From Octopus bimaculoides (taxonomy: Eukaryota), in assembly GCF_001194135.2 (NCBI RefSeq), contig NC_068989.1:73786223-73850222 (forward strand): 64,000 nt of DNA. The letters run 5' to 3'. Made by a program: the position numbers and the translations under genes. Shown here in pieces: positions 52,206 to 63,880 of this stretch (positions are counted from its first letter, which is position 1; every line of letters begins with the position of its first letter). The notes beneath the pieces are model-generated. The model did no database searches and was not told the DNA's origin. It saw nothing but the letters and a program-made list of their open reading frames with translations.

Positions 52206-52243
52206 GTCAGACGCGTTTCGGCCATTCTAACCTTGTCAACGAC
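52206..52243 (-). ncRNA. Minimal type-I hammerhead-ribozyme-like motif with U3-A8 core swap
   Basis: Minus strand GUCG UUGACAA GGUUA-GAA-UGGCC GAA ACGCGU C UGAC: stem I GUCG/UGAC, core U3 U4 G5 A6 C7 A8 A9, stem II closed by G10.1-C11.1, GAAA, palindromic ACGCGU stem III, GUC triplet. Confidence 0.7.
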
Positions 52244-53359
52244 GTGTACTCGGTCGTCATATGCTTGGACGAAATTTGTTCCCTCCGATATTTAGGAAAC
52301 AGTAAAAGATATAATCACTGATATTCTGCAAAGCTTGTACAGTTGAAATAAACTCGACGCACACATGTTTATAAAGGTATTTTCTGTCAGACAAAACCTT
52401 ACAACATTAAGCTTTTCAATGTATATACATTAAGTATGATGTGATACACAGGTGGCTACTGACCTCAATTAAATGGCGATATAGCATATCTGGAACCACA
52501 GATTTGTGGGATGTATCAATTTCTTCCTAGTTATTTACAGGCCATACGATTGTTCATTCAGAATTGATCCAGGGTTACACAGCAACATTAGCGTTAAGTT
52601 GATCTCTCTTCTCGCTGTGCCTGTTTCTACTGCTACCAAAAGACTTCTGCACCTCGTAGTGGGCTGGTCTCTTATCATCCCAGAAGAGGACCCCCTGTGT
52701 TATTTGTATACACTGTGGTCCTCTGTATTGTGTCCCTTATCCCTAGGCTCCACAATAACCTGATTTACTCAGGTCTTCCTTTTGGAAATGCCAGCCTCAA
52801 GAAATTCCTCTAGAAAAATTAAACATTTTTTTTTATTTTACAACTTTTCAATCGGATCATTGATCACATTGATCTCACCGGCTTTTCGGTGTGTCGGAGG
52901 ATCTGTGAATGTCATGGATCCAACCCTTTCCTCCAGAACGAACCATTAAAAACGAAAAACAAAAGCACCAAAAACCTATTTCGAATTACAAAACTTTGAA
53001 CATGAAACAGTTAAATTATTCCATCTTTTGATAGGCTGATAAACAAGTTTGTTTCAATTCCCGAATAAGTTATGCTGGCAACATTTGGTCAGCTGATGGT
53101 AATCAACGTAAACTGTGTGTAAAAAGTAAATCGATAGAAAGCAATTATGGAACTGATTAAGCTTTAGAGAGAAAGTATCAGTTAAAATTATAAAAATAAA
53201 CCATCAATAAACGAAAACCTTTGCAAATCTGAAAGTTTAATTCAGCTGTTATATCGTGAGGCCAGTAGTAAGCAAGTAAAGCGTTTTCCCGTTTTGAAGA
53301 CTTGCTGTCGTTTTTAACTGTCGATCATTATGATGCAGAGTGAACAGGTCTGCCATCTC

Positions 53360-53950
53360 GGATCTATTTTAAAAAGGGGGCACCAGTATTTTCTTAACGA
53401 AACACTAACGAAACACTTTGAAACTTGGGACACTGGTAGAATGTGTCATATAAAACATCTTTTACTCTTAGTCTTCTTAACAAAAAAACGTACATCGCAA
53501 GTTATTCCATGTTAAAGTTGTCGTATTTCTGTAATTTCAACCAATCACTGACGTCTATTCAGCTGAATAGAGTTACGGCTGGGCGGTCATAAAAATGTTA
53601 TTCCCTGTGACATATTTCATCCGGTTTAATCGTAATTTATACGCATATATTGTTTATATNNNNNNNNNNAGTTAGGGTTAACAGTCTAGTTAGGGTTAGG
53701 GTTAGGGTTAGGGGATTAATACGATATACACCGTTACAGCGCTAACTATTTTCAACTGAATAGACGTCAGTGATTAGTAGAAATTATCGAAATAAGACAA
53801 TTTTTTACATGAAATAAATTCAAATACAAAAATATTTTTCTGTTCTATAACACAAAATAGATAAGTATACGAAGTTTGAAAGTCTTTCCGTACCAAAAAC
53901 ACTACATAAAACATAAATGAAAACTGGCGCCCCCGTTTTAAAATAGATCC
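53360..53950. mobile_element. Non-autonomous DNA transposon with 8-bp TSD, GG-starting TIRs (Merlin-like), internal inverted repeat and central (TTAGGG)n
   Basis: TSD GCCATCTC at 53352-53359 and 53951-53958; 28-bp TIRs GGATCTATTTTAAAAAGGGGGCACCAGT / ACTGGCGCCCCCGTTTTAAAATAGATCC; inner inverted arms containing AATCACTGACGTCTATTCAG (about 53505-53580 vs 53735-53820); (TTAGGG)4 at 53690-53713. Superfamily assignment is inference from TSD length and the GG terminus. Confidence 0.88.
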
Positions 53951-56900
53951 GCCATCTCTTCCAGCTGTCTTAGCAACCAGTAGTGCGTAGCTGTTTCGTG
54001 ACGTAAGCTCTGAAGTTCGATAACAGACGAATGGAATTGATACCTAATCAATAAGTAGCATGCAACGGAATTTGTGTGAAGTAAACTAACTTGAAGATCA
54101 TCGAAAGTGACTGGGTAGGAGAATTACCCGGGGATGTCTTCTGCAGTAACAAAAAAAAAAACATGTGGTTAAAGGGAAGGAAGGCTAACGTGTAAGAAAA
54201 ATAATTATAATTACACTTGTAATGTGGAAAAAAATCATTAGGTTGAATGAATAATTCTGGTGAAGAGCATTAAGGGAGACAACTTCAGAATAATAATTTG
54301 ACGATCGAAAATGTCATAGCGGCAATACAAATGGAATTAAGACTTGTGAATAACCTCTTTAAATCAAGTTTGGAATTAAAATTTATCGAAGGATGACATC
54401 GTATTTCAGTTCTTTCCGGGTTTGTGGAATTAATTACAATATCAATGGGAACAAACAGATGTTATAAAATGGATGAATAACTCGATTATAGGAGTAGGAA
54501 TGACTACGAAGTGCGTGCTTTTGTGTAGATTATAAGTGGCGGGCAAATAAATTCTGCGATACTCTTTAAATCTATGTGAACGCCTCAGTAAGCGCAACAC
54601 AGTATGTATATTAGTAATGCTTATTTCTACCACATTGTAAATCTGAGACATTATGGCTATGTGAAAAACAATAAATCAATGCAATGTTTGGAAGCGACAT
54701 TAAATGGAAATTTCAACAAAAATTGCAGATGAAGCTACGTGTTTGTCTGACTATTGCCATAGTCACAATTATGACTTTGAGATGTGTTTTAAGTTCGACG
54801 AATATGACAATAAAGATGAATAAAAAATTCCAGTTGTAAATATCTGATGACGTCAACCAGCAGATCAAATACTGGCCTTAAATATATAATATTTATACAA
54901 GTAATGTCTCGGGTACAAGCTAGGCAATTGAGATTATGTCTAACATCTTTAATGTTGTACACATAACCGAGTCAAGGATACTCTTCGCTAATCAGCAACT
55001 GTTCTTCTGGTCTTTTACTGTTTTCGGTTATTAGATTATGGTCATATTGGGGTACCATCGTGAAGGGTATAATCGATAAAATTGATCCCCATACTTATTC
55101 TAAGTCTCGTACTTACTCTGCCGGACTCTCTTTGCGGAACCAGTAGTCAAGTGGTGAAGGAAAAATCACCACACACACACACACACACACACACGCATAT
55201 ATATATATATCTTTTAAAATCATCGGTCCTCTTAGGACTATATTAGTAGACTTACCTCAGATACCGCGCAGTGGAATTGAACCCAAAAGCCTGTGTGTTT
55301 GAGAAATAAATTTCTTAACCACACAGAATGGCTGCACCTATTGCACTAACTACACTTTTTTAAATAATATCGTTCTCTGTGAAATAAATATTTGATTTAA
55401 CCCTTCGATCTCCATACATCAAAACTCAGTCGATTTTAGCTGCTCTCAAAGACAGAAAAGTTGAAGAAAGCCTCTGGTTCTGCTGTCTTATCGTAAACAT
55501 CAATTGAGCAGTCTGTAATATAGTCTCTGATGTAGCAAGAACAACTGTAATTGACGTAGGCCAAAAGGGTGAAAGAAAATGCTTGGTGAAACGTTCATGC
55601 TTTCATCAAGGTATTCGTATATAAAACATTTCCAAGCCGGTATCGAAACCAGGTGAAGAACTTGGCTTCGTGACATTTGTCACCGCCATCATCTTATCCA
55701 GCGCTCACAACTAATGAAACAACATTGAATTCGATGTTTTATCGGCAAAAGTTTTCTAAATAGTTTATATAATTTTGGAAGATTATCGTATGATAAGAAT
55801 CTAGAACAGGTTACTTGGTGCAAAGCATATTATTGAAAATAACTGAAGCTAAAGCGGTAATAGTTTCTCTCGAAGATATATATTTTTAAACTACTCCCAT
55901 GCTGAGAAATCATCAATAGAAAAGGAATAAAATAGCAAACCAGAGAAATAATACAGAAATATGACCAAGAAAAAATTATAATTATTTTTATAGGTTAACA
56001 ATACAGGATCCGCGAAAATATTTCAGTTATTCTGAAAGCTTAAACAATATCATCTACATCATAGTAGTAGTTGATTTTGCTTGGCTGAACTCCTAATATG
56101 ATAGGAAGCTGGCTAAAACTAAAATAATGGATTATGCTGTTTTGGCAAACACGTAAATAAATAAATAAATATTTGTTTGCGCGAAGTAAATAAAGCGGAA
56201 ATTTTTTTAATTAATTTAACGACTTAGAGTTTATTCCAGTACACTTGTGTTTTGTTCTCGCTGTTATATCTTTCTCGTTAATGAAATATGAAATACAAGA
56301 CAAAGATAAATCAAAAGAAATACAAGAGTAATGTTTACTGCTGGGAAGTAGTCTTTTGAAGTAGTTAAACAACATTTAGTCTGTAAATCCTAATATTGTA
56401 TAATTACACAAAAATTCTCAGTTAATTTTTGGAAGGATAAATGTCATTAAGAGAAGACGTTGTTTAAATAAGGTTATTTACAGAGTAATTCGAATACAAC
56501 TATTGAGACGAGTTTAACTTGATGAAAGGTCATGGAGAGTAAAACAGGGAAAGGCGAATCAAAAGAAATTCGTAGTTCACCGAATTAAATGCAAGCAGTT
56601 TATGAATTCTCTGAAACAAATCTGGAGATTAAATGCCAACGCTCTTACCCACCACTTGGCCTCTGAAATACATGCGTCAGCAAGCTAGGATTAGGTGAAA
56701 GCCTTATCTAATAGTTTGGTTACAACCCTTAGTTTAGCTCTGAAGGTTTGCCATAAGTTCATGTAATGTTTTATAATTGCAATCAAAATGATCGAGTGAC
56801 CACAAGATACTTCAAGATACTTCAAGATACCTTCAGCCTACAACTGCTGCTTTAAATATTCCTGAAAGCTCATGCCTCTCTACAGTATATCAATAGAACA

Positions 56901-58645
56901 GCAAAACCCTTCGTCATTATATCATTTAGATCATCTGTGCCAATTAATTCTTAAAATTATGAAGAATTTAGTAAAATAACTTCGTCATTATTAAGCTAGT
57001 GTTTGGAACAAAACATTTATGTGAAATTTTGACGGAATGTTATTAGATTACTTCAAAACAGAAAGTTTGTATCACAGAACAAGGGCCAATCTCAGATCGG
57101 CTGATATCAAAAGGCTTAAAACCTGATTTAAATTTGTTTACTAAAAGTACTCAACTCCAATTGAGAAGAGTTTGAAGAGTAAAAGCAATAAATCATACAA
57201 GAGCAGTCAGTTATTTAATGAAATAGACAGATATAAGTTATCCGGTGCTCTAGTTTAATTTGAACTTTTTAACAATATCAATGGATTCATATTTCTTGTA
57301 GGACAAGACAAGCTCAACTAAAATTTGGGTATTTAAACACCTTGTTTAATATTGAAAATCAGTAAAACTTTTCGTGTCAGAAAATTTTGCTTCTGAACTG
57401 AGAATCCTGAGTGGATCCGTACAAATTTCTTCAAGCGAACGCTTAATCCTAAAATATCAAGTTTAAAGCCAGGAGATGCACGTATATAAGTAAAATCGTT
57501 TTAAAATTCAGCAATGTTATTCTACATCGTGTAATTTGGGTCATTAAATAAGGTGTTTCCAGTAGTCGTCTAAGCGGTTGTGTTCCTCACCTCCGTTCGA
57601 TTCTGGCTCGTTAACATTACATTACCTTGCCTGAATTCAGTTTTCCTAATTGTTCTACGTGAATGTCAGTCATTAATTTCTTTTTCTATCAAATAGAATC
57701 AGAGGCGACACAAGAACTAAAGGGCCGTAAGGCGGTAATTCGAAACTTTACATAGTTAACAATTAATACTCAACTAAAAAACACTGCTACATCTAAAGAC
57801 AGCAAAGGATTCCATTAAAACAGCATGTAGTTCTTAATTAAGCAAATAAATCATTCTTTGTTGAGTTTAGAAAAGATACAGAAAATAAAGAGTGCAGGGA
57901 AATTCTTCTAGATTTAAAAGAAACGGCAGTTTGTAATAAAGCACGCCTTTTGCTTGTAAATCATAGCTGATAAGTTTCATTAAAGAAATAGAAAAAAAAA
58001 AGACTTCGATTCGAGAAGAACTTGCTTCTGTTAGGCATGCATACATTATGTTTCAGTGTCAATGACGTAGAATTTATAAATTATTTCACTTAGCTTATAT
58101 GAAGCGAGTAACATAATCATTGCAGCGTATAGCAAATGAGAAGAATATATATATTGTGTATTGCAACTAGTCTTCTTATCTGTCTTTCCATAAGATGAAA
58201 TCTATCAACTAAATGTGTCACGAGATTTCATGACATTAATGGTGATACTCAAATTCTTAGAGAATGGACAGATGTCTTGCAAACAACTCGCACATGCAAG
58301 TGCTACCAGTCGAGAACTCCGCATACTGGAAGCTAGCAAGTGTACGGGGTCATCAGGAGAGAATGCGCGCCGTTTCGGGGCCTACCTCTCGACAGCATCA
58401 ATGCGCCCCCCCCTCACTGATATGAGGCCCCGTTTGCTAGATCAACTGGTTATTAAAAACAAAGCTCAACTGGTTATTCAAAACACACATTCAGCTCTAT
58501 TATCTCTTTGGAAAGTAAGAAAAACAAATTTAGTAACCCGTTGTAATAGGCTATCAGAATTATGCAGTTAATAGCGGAATGATAATGTCTAGTACTGATT
58601 ACATCCTGTCACATGAGAATTACTTGTCAATGAATAAATATATGC

Positions 58646-58858
58646 TTTTCTAATCTAGGTAGAAGGCCTGACATTTTGTGGGGATGGGGGAGTCGATTAG
58701 TTCGATTCCAGTACGCAACTGGCATTTAATTTATCGACCCTGAAAGGATGAGAGGCAAAGTCGATCTCGGCGGAATTTGAACTCACAACGTAGCGGCAGA
58801 CGAAATCCCGCTAAGCATTTCGCCCGGCGTGCTAACGTTTCTGCCATCTCACCGCCTT
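58646..58858 (-). mobile_element. SINE family A copy (tail type 2)
   Basis: TAATTTATCGACCCTGAAAGGATGAGAGGCAAAGTCGA...GCTAACGTTTCTGCCATCTCACCGCCTT. Confidence 0.9.
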
Positions 58859-59117
58859 AAATCTGAATTGATATTGTTAACTGTATCGCGACTTGAGCTT
58901 CCTGGCAGCATACGTCTTGCACCTCAGTGTATATCAGAAATTAGAACCAATATTTTATTTATATTTTTACGATTTCAAAGTTCTTATTTTTTAAATTTGT
59001 ACTCTTTAAATATTTCGGAAACATTTTAACCGGTAATTACTCCAGAGAAGATTCATTTAAACCTTTCATAAACACACTGAAACAGTTAACTTGATTGTTT
59101 ATTATTTAGTGTCAAAA

Positions 59118-59536
59118 CGGCGGTGAGCTGGCGGAAACATTAGCACGCCGGGCGAAATGCTTAGCAGTTTTTCGTCTGTGTTTATGTTCTGAGTTCAAAT
59201 TCTGCCGAGGTCGACTTTACCTTTCACCCTTTCGGGGTCGATAAATCAAGTACCAGTTGCGTACTGGGTTGATGTAATCGACTGGCCCCCTCCTCCAAAG
59301 TCTCGGGCTTTGTGCCTAGAGTTTAAAAGAGAGTCGTTAGCACGCTGGGCAAAATGCTTAGCGGTATTTCGTATATCGCTAAGTTCTGAGTTCAAATTTT
59401 GCTGGGGTCGACTTTGCTTTTCATACTTTCAGGGTGGATAAATTAAGTATCCATATAGTACTGGGATCGATGTAATTGATTTTAATCCCTCCCTCAAATT
59501 TCAGGCTTTGTGCCTATAGTAGAAAGGATTATTCAA
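59118..59536 (+). mobile_element. SINE family A dimer under a single TSD; a further degenerate copy follows at about 59555-59750
   Basis: 8-bp TSD-like TGTCAAAA at 59110-59117 and 59537-59544; junction TTTAAAAGAGAGTCGTTAGCAC at about 59322-59343. Confidence 0.85.
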
Positions 59537-60126
59537 TGTCAAAAGGACAGTGTGCAGGTAGAATCGCTACCCCAGCAAATTTAGCAGCATTTATTCCGAA
59601 GACTTTACGTTCTGACATCAAATTCCGACGAGGTCAACTTCCATCCTTTCGAGTCGTTAAGATAAAGTACCTGCCAAGTACTGGGTCGATGTAATCGACA
59701 AGTCGCCCACCACCACTGCAAATCGCTTACCTTGTGGTAAAATTTGAACGAATTATTTCGTGACAAAATTTTCATCTCACTGTCTGCGTGCGACTTGGTC
59801 ACTGATACAGTTCCACTTTTATAAAAAATCAAGTTCAAGTTTGATTGCAAACAGGAATTGAACTGAGAATCGCAAATTTAGTATATAAAGGGAGAGATAA
59901 AAGAAAATATGTAGCCTGGTACTCTACTTTAAAGCACTGACTAATCCTCATCACCCATGGCTGAATTTGTAATGGTTTCTTCTGACTTCTAAACTACAAA
60001 AATCTTAGCCGACATAGTATGGGACATAAATAGTTCGCAAACAATTTCAGTGATTTTGCTTGTAATGAAGAATGAAAAAAACACACGTTTCGGTCACTTG
60101 TCCAATTTCTGAGAAAGAGAGATGGG

Positions 60127-60170
<44 letters not shown>

Positions 60171-62078
60171 ACTAAAGATGCGGCGAAAGGAAATTTATAG
60201 CCTCGTTTATAAAAACTATAGAACAGCCAAGCTTTGAATAAAAATTTCAGTGAGGTTATTGTTTTCTGCTGGAGTAGCAACAACACTACGTAATTAATAA
60301 GAGTTTCAGTGGAATACGCTCCTGAATGAAATCTTTCAGTAAGTATAGCCAAAAGATGAATTGTCACTCACTGGTTTCATCTATATTCCCAAATGTACAA
60401 TTGTAGTAGCCATGGTTATATCTGTATTTCTGATTTAAAAAAAAATGGTAATGATAATGGGTTTGGGTTAATTGCTTCATGAAATATAATTGCTCTCAAC
60501 AGTTTAGAAGGAAATTAAATAGCCTTCGGAGAGTTAGCCTGGTTATATTTTCCTCAGGAGCAATAAAAATATTAACTTATGAATTAATATTTTTTAATAT
60601 AGGAGTAATAACCTAAATAGTCTCGTCGCATTTATAACAGACGCATACCCACAGGGTTCTGTAATTATCTTTTCTGCAAAAAGAGTATTGTAAAATAGAA
60701 AATATGTTTTAAAAAAAAAAACTTTGAGTAATGCGGGTGAGAAGGTTGGCAAATTGTGTAATAAATATAAATGAGTAGATATTGTATTAATTTCCGTAGG
60801 TTGTTTAATGGTTCTATAATATTTCGGGAAGGATTCCCTTTATCAAATATAAGAACGAAAAATAGATTATGAACAGTGATTCAAATGCCCTTACTTTTTA
60901 GTAGAACACAGTGGTTATTAGAAGAATATATACAGTCTCGCTGCCAAGATCTTCCAGTAGACATGTTAAGACCCAGATTAGGAGTTCTGTTGTGAAATAC
61001 GCGCTGCAAGTGACGGGAGAAATTTGTGAAGTAATCTGTATAGTTTACAAGGAAGGATGAAATGAAATGTCAAATCTGAAGACCAAATCTAATGGACGCA
61101 CAATATTATTGCATGTGTAACAAGACAAAAATAGATTGTGAATATGGAAGAGGGAGATGAGTATAAGTAAGGTTGTGCATGCGTCTGTGTTTCTGTGTGC
61201 ACCTGTGTATTTGTGAATTTGTTATCTCGTTCAGTACAAAATCCAGTCAGTAAACATTACATTTCCGCTTCGAATATCGATATTGGTGTCTATAGTAAAT
61301 AAATCATCCGAAGATGGCAAAACTGATAACGTCAGCCATGAATAATGGTGAATATGTAAAATAGGCAAAAGTGATCTGAAGAGTAAAATCTGAGCTTGGC
61401 ATCTGCATTAATTCCCATGACAAAATAAGTTACATAAAGGATTGCTGCGGGGATGCGCAAGATATGGAGATTACTCAGTAATTAATGCAGATAGTGGAAC
61501 TCGGATATATTTCAGTCGGATATATATAGTGGAGATCTCTGTCGAGATCTCTGTTGAGTATGACAGAATTGAAGGTGATGACTGGGCAGAATCGTAGAGT
61601 GATGGATAGACTGTATCATCGTATTTGTTTGGATTCAGTTCGTATTCGCTTCATATCCCATCCGAGTTAATTTTAATTTCATTTTTCGGTTCGATAAAGC
61701 AGTACTAAACCAGACGGCAGCTCTTGTACCAGTCATAAAACTGAATTATTTCTCATGAACAAGGTCTGCAGCACGACGTGAGGAGAGTTGCATGTTTAAA
61801 AAACAATTAAAACATACACTTGCCTAGGTCTGTGCATACAGGTACAGAAATATACTTTATGCTGACAAATAAAGGCTCTATCTGGTAAAATTGAATATAA
61901 GCTTCCGAAAAACCAAGATGGAATCCCATTTCGATTTTTCATTAGAGCTCTTTTAATTTACTGACGTTGCTGTTTCTCCATAGATAAAGTGTCAAACACC
62001 AATTTTCAATGGATCACAGTTGGGAACTGAGGCTGCTAAGCTAAGTTATGGCTGTTATACATCTTACAATGAGATGGG

Positions 62079-62092
62079 TGACCTTATGACCT
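62079..62092 (-). promoter_or_regulatory. Perfect nuclear-receptor DR2 element (AGGTCA-TA-AGGTCA)
   Basis: Plus strand TGACCTTATGACCT within repeat-free sequence. Motif match only. Confidence 0.3.
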
Positions 62093-63228
62093 TAGCCTAA
62101 GAAAGTTGATTCCAAGCAGCAATAAAAGCCAGCTGAATTAGTAGGCTCAAATGAAGCCCGCGTTTTCACTCTCTTCTTTACCTTTATAATCTAAAGTTTC
62201 AGTTATTCATATTTTATATGAAATTATTTTTATCATTGGCATAAAACCAGTTTTTATTGGGAGAAGTGCATTCGATTGCATTGATCGAGCAGTCTATTAC
62301 TGATTGTTATCGATTCTAATGGGATTTACATTCGGAGTTTATAATTCCAAAAGTAAAATGGTGAAGGTATTTACTTCGTCGCTTCGCTGTATCTGCCAAA
62401 TCAGCAGCTTTCTTCTATCTCATTGATTCACTTTATCATTTCCTTAATTCATTCTTCCTCCTATTCTTTGCATTCTCTTTTATGTTCGTTCGGATTCACC
62501 AATTGTAATTCAATAACAAGGACATGCAAATTGTTAACTAAAAAGAAAAAAAATACAGACCTGAATGAAGGAGAGGAATGACACAACAACAACAACGATG
62601 ACAAGACCCAGCATAACATTACTACTGCATCCTTTACCTTATTGAATATGGATGCTCAAAACACAATAACTCCAACAACAAGAAGAACAACAACAACAAG
62701 CGAAATCAATAACATTTAAAGACGTTACGTGACAATATAATTATGGCGATGAAGCTGATCGTTAATCGAAGTCTATTGTAAGAAGAATTTCTATGAAATC
62801 GCCTAATTTTCTTCCAGCATCGCCTTTTCTTTCTATACACTGGGTTCCTAGAATTATTGATTAATTAATTGATTGGTTAATTGATTTTGTTTGCATAACA
62901 GAGCAACATAATGTAAGAGAGATACTGTTGTTTAAAACTAAGATTGTGCGAAGAAGGTGGGGGATAACCTCACCAGACATGTTACAAAATCAACGAGGAC
63001 GGAGTCTTTTCGCCTCTATGTATTCACTCCACATCCCAGAAGCAGCAAGTTATTGCTCCTTCGAATCACATTTCTACTCTATTAGAAAACCCGGGCACGT
63101 TTGATGAGGTGGTCATGAGTGTATTGTGTTAGAGGGAAAAGTGATGGAGTGGCCACGGTTGGAATGCATTCGGCTGTATGTCTGATCAGTTCAGGGTAGG
63201 TCGCGGACTAATCAACAACAAGTAAAAC

Positions 63229-63267
<39 letters not shown>

Positions 63268-63395
63268 AAGTCGATGTGTATCGGTAAAAGATATAAACAT
63301 CAGTGAGAAAGATAGAAACCAATGTCACCTCTTCTTGTTACCCTCGGTGTCGGAAATATAGCGAATAAATGATTGGCCACTTTTGTTCACAGACT

Positions 63396-63397
<2 letters not shown>

Positions 63398-63470
<73 letters not shown>
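63398..63470. repeat. (TA)n microsatellite
   Basis: Long pure TA run. Confidence 0.95.
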
Positions 63471-63473
<3 letters not shown>

Positions 63474-63689
63474 CACACGCACACACACACACACGCAAAC
63501 ACATATATATATATATACAGATAGATAGATATACATACATAAACAAATATTCTAATATGCCTAAAGAAAGGAGCAGTCAGTGGCCTTTGCGTTGTTGCGT
63601 ATCATATCTTCTTGTTAAATTTTGATGTCTTGCTTGAGGCACAGAAACACCAATTCATGGACGAGCAAAAGTAGATGAGCAACGACAAA

Positions 63690-63880
63690 GAAAATCATTG
63701 GAGCTATCTGTTCCGACTGTTTATGTTCTGAGTTCAAATCTCGCTGAAATCAACTTTGCCATTGTTTTTCATCCTTTTGGAGTCAGTAAACTGTAGAAAT
63801 AGCCAGTCAAATACAGGAGTCAATTGACGCGACGAAACCTTTTCCCAATAAGTTTTCTGGCCTTGAGTCTATGCTAGAAA
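63690..63880 (+). mobile_element. Degenerate SINE family A copy
   Basis: ATGTTCTGAGTTCAAATCTCGCTGAAATCAACTTTGCC...TTTCATCCTTTTGGAGTC. Confidence 0.65.

Noticed and set aside
53672-53713. TTAGGG tracts as a true telomere or chromosome-fusion scar (also 37705-37728)
   Set aside because: Only about four units, each enclosed within transposon inverted repeats.
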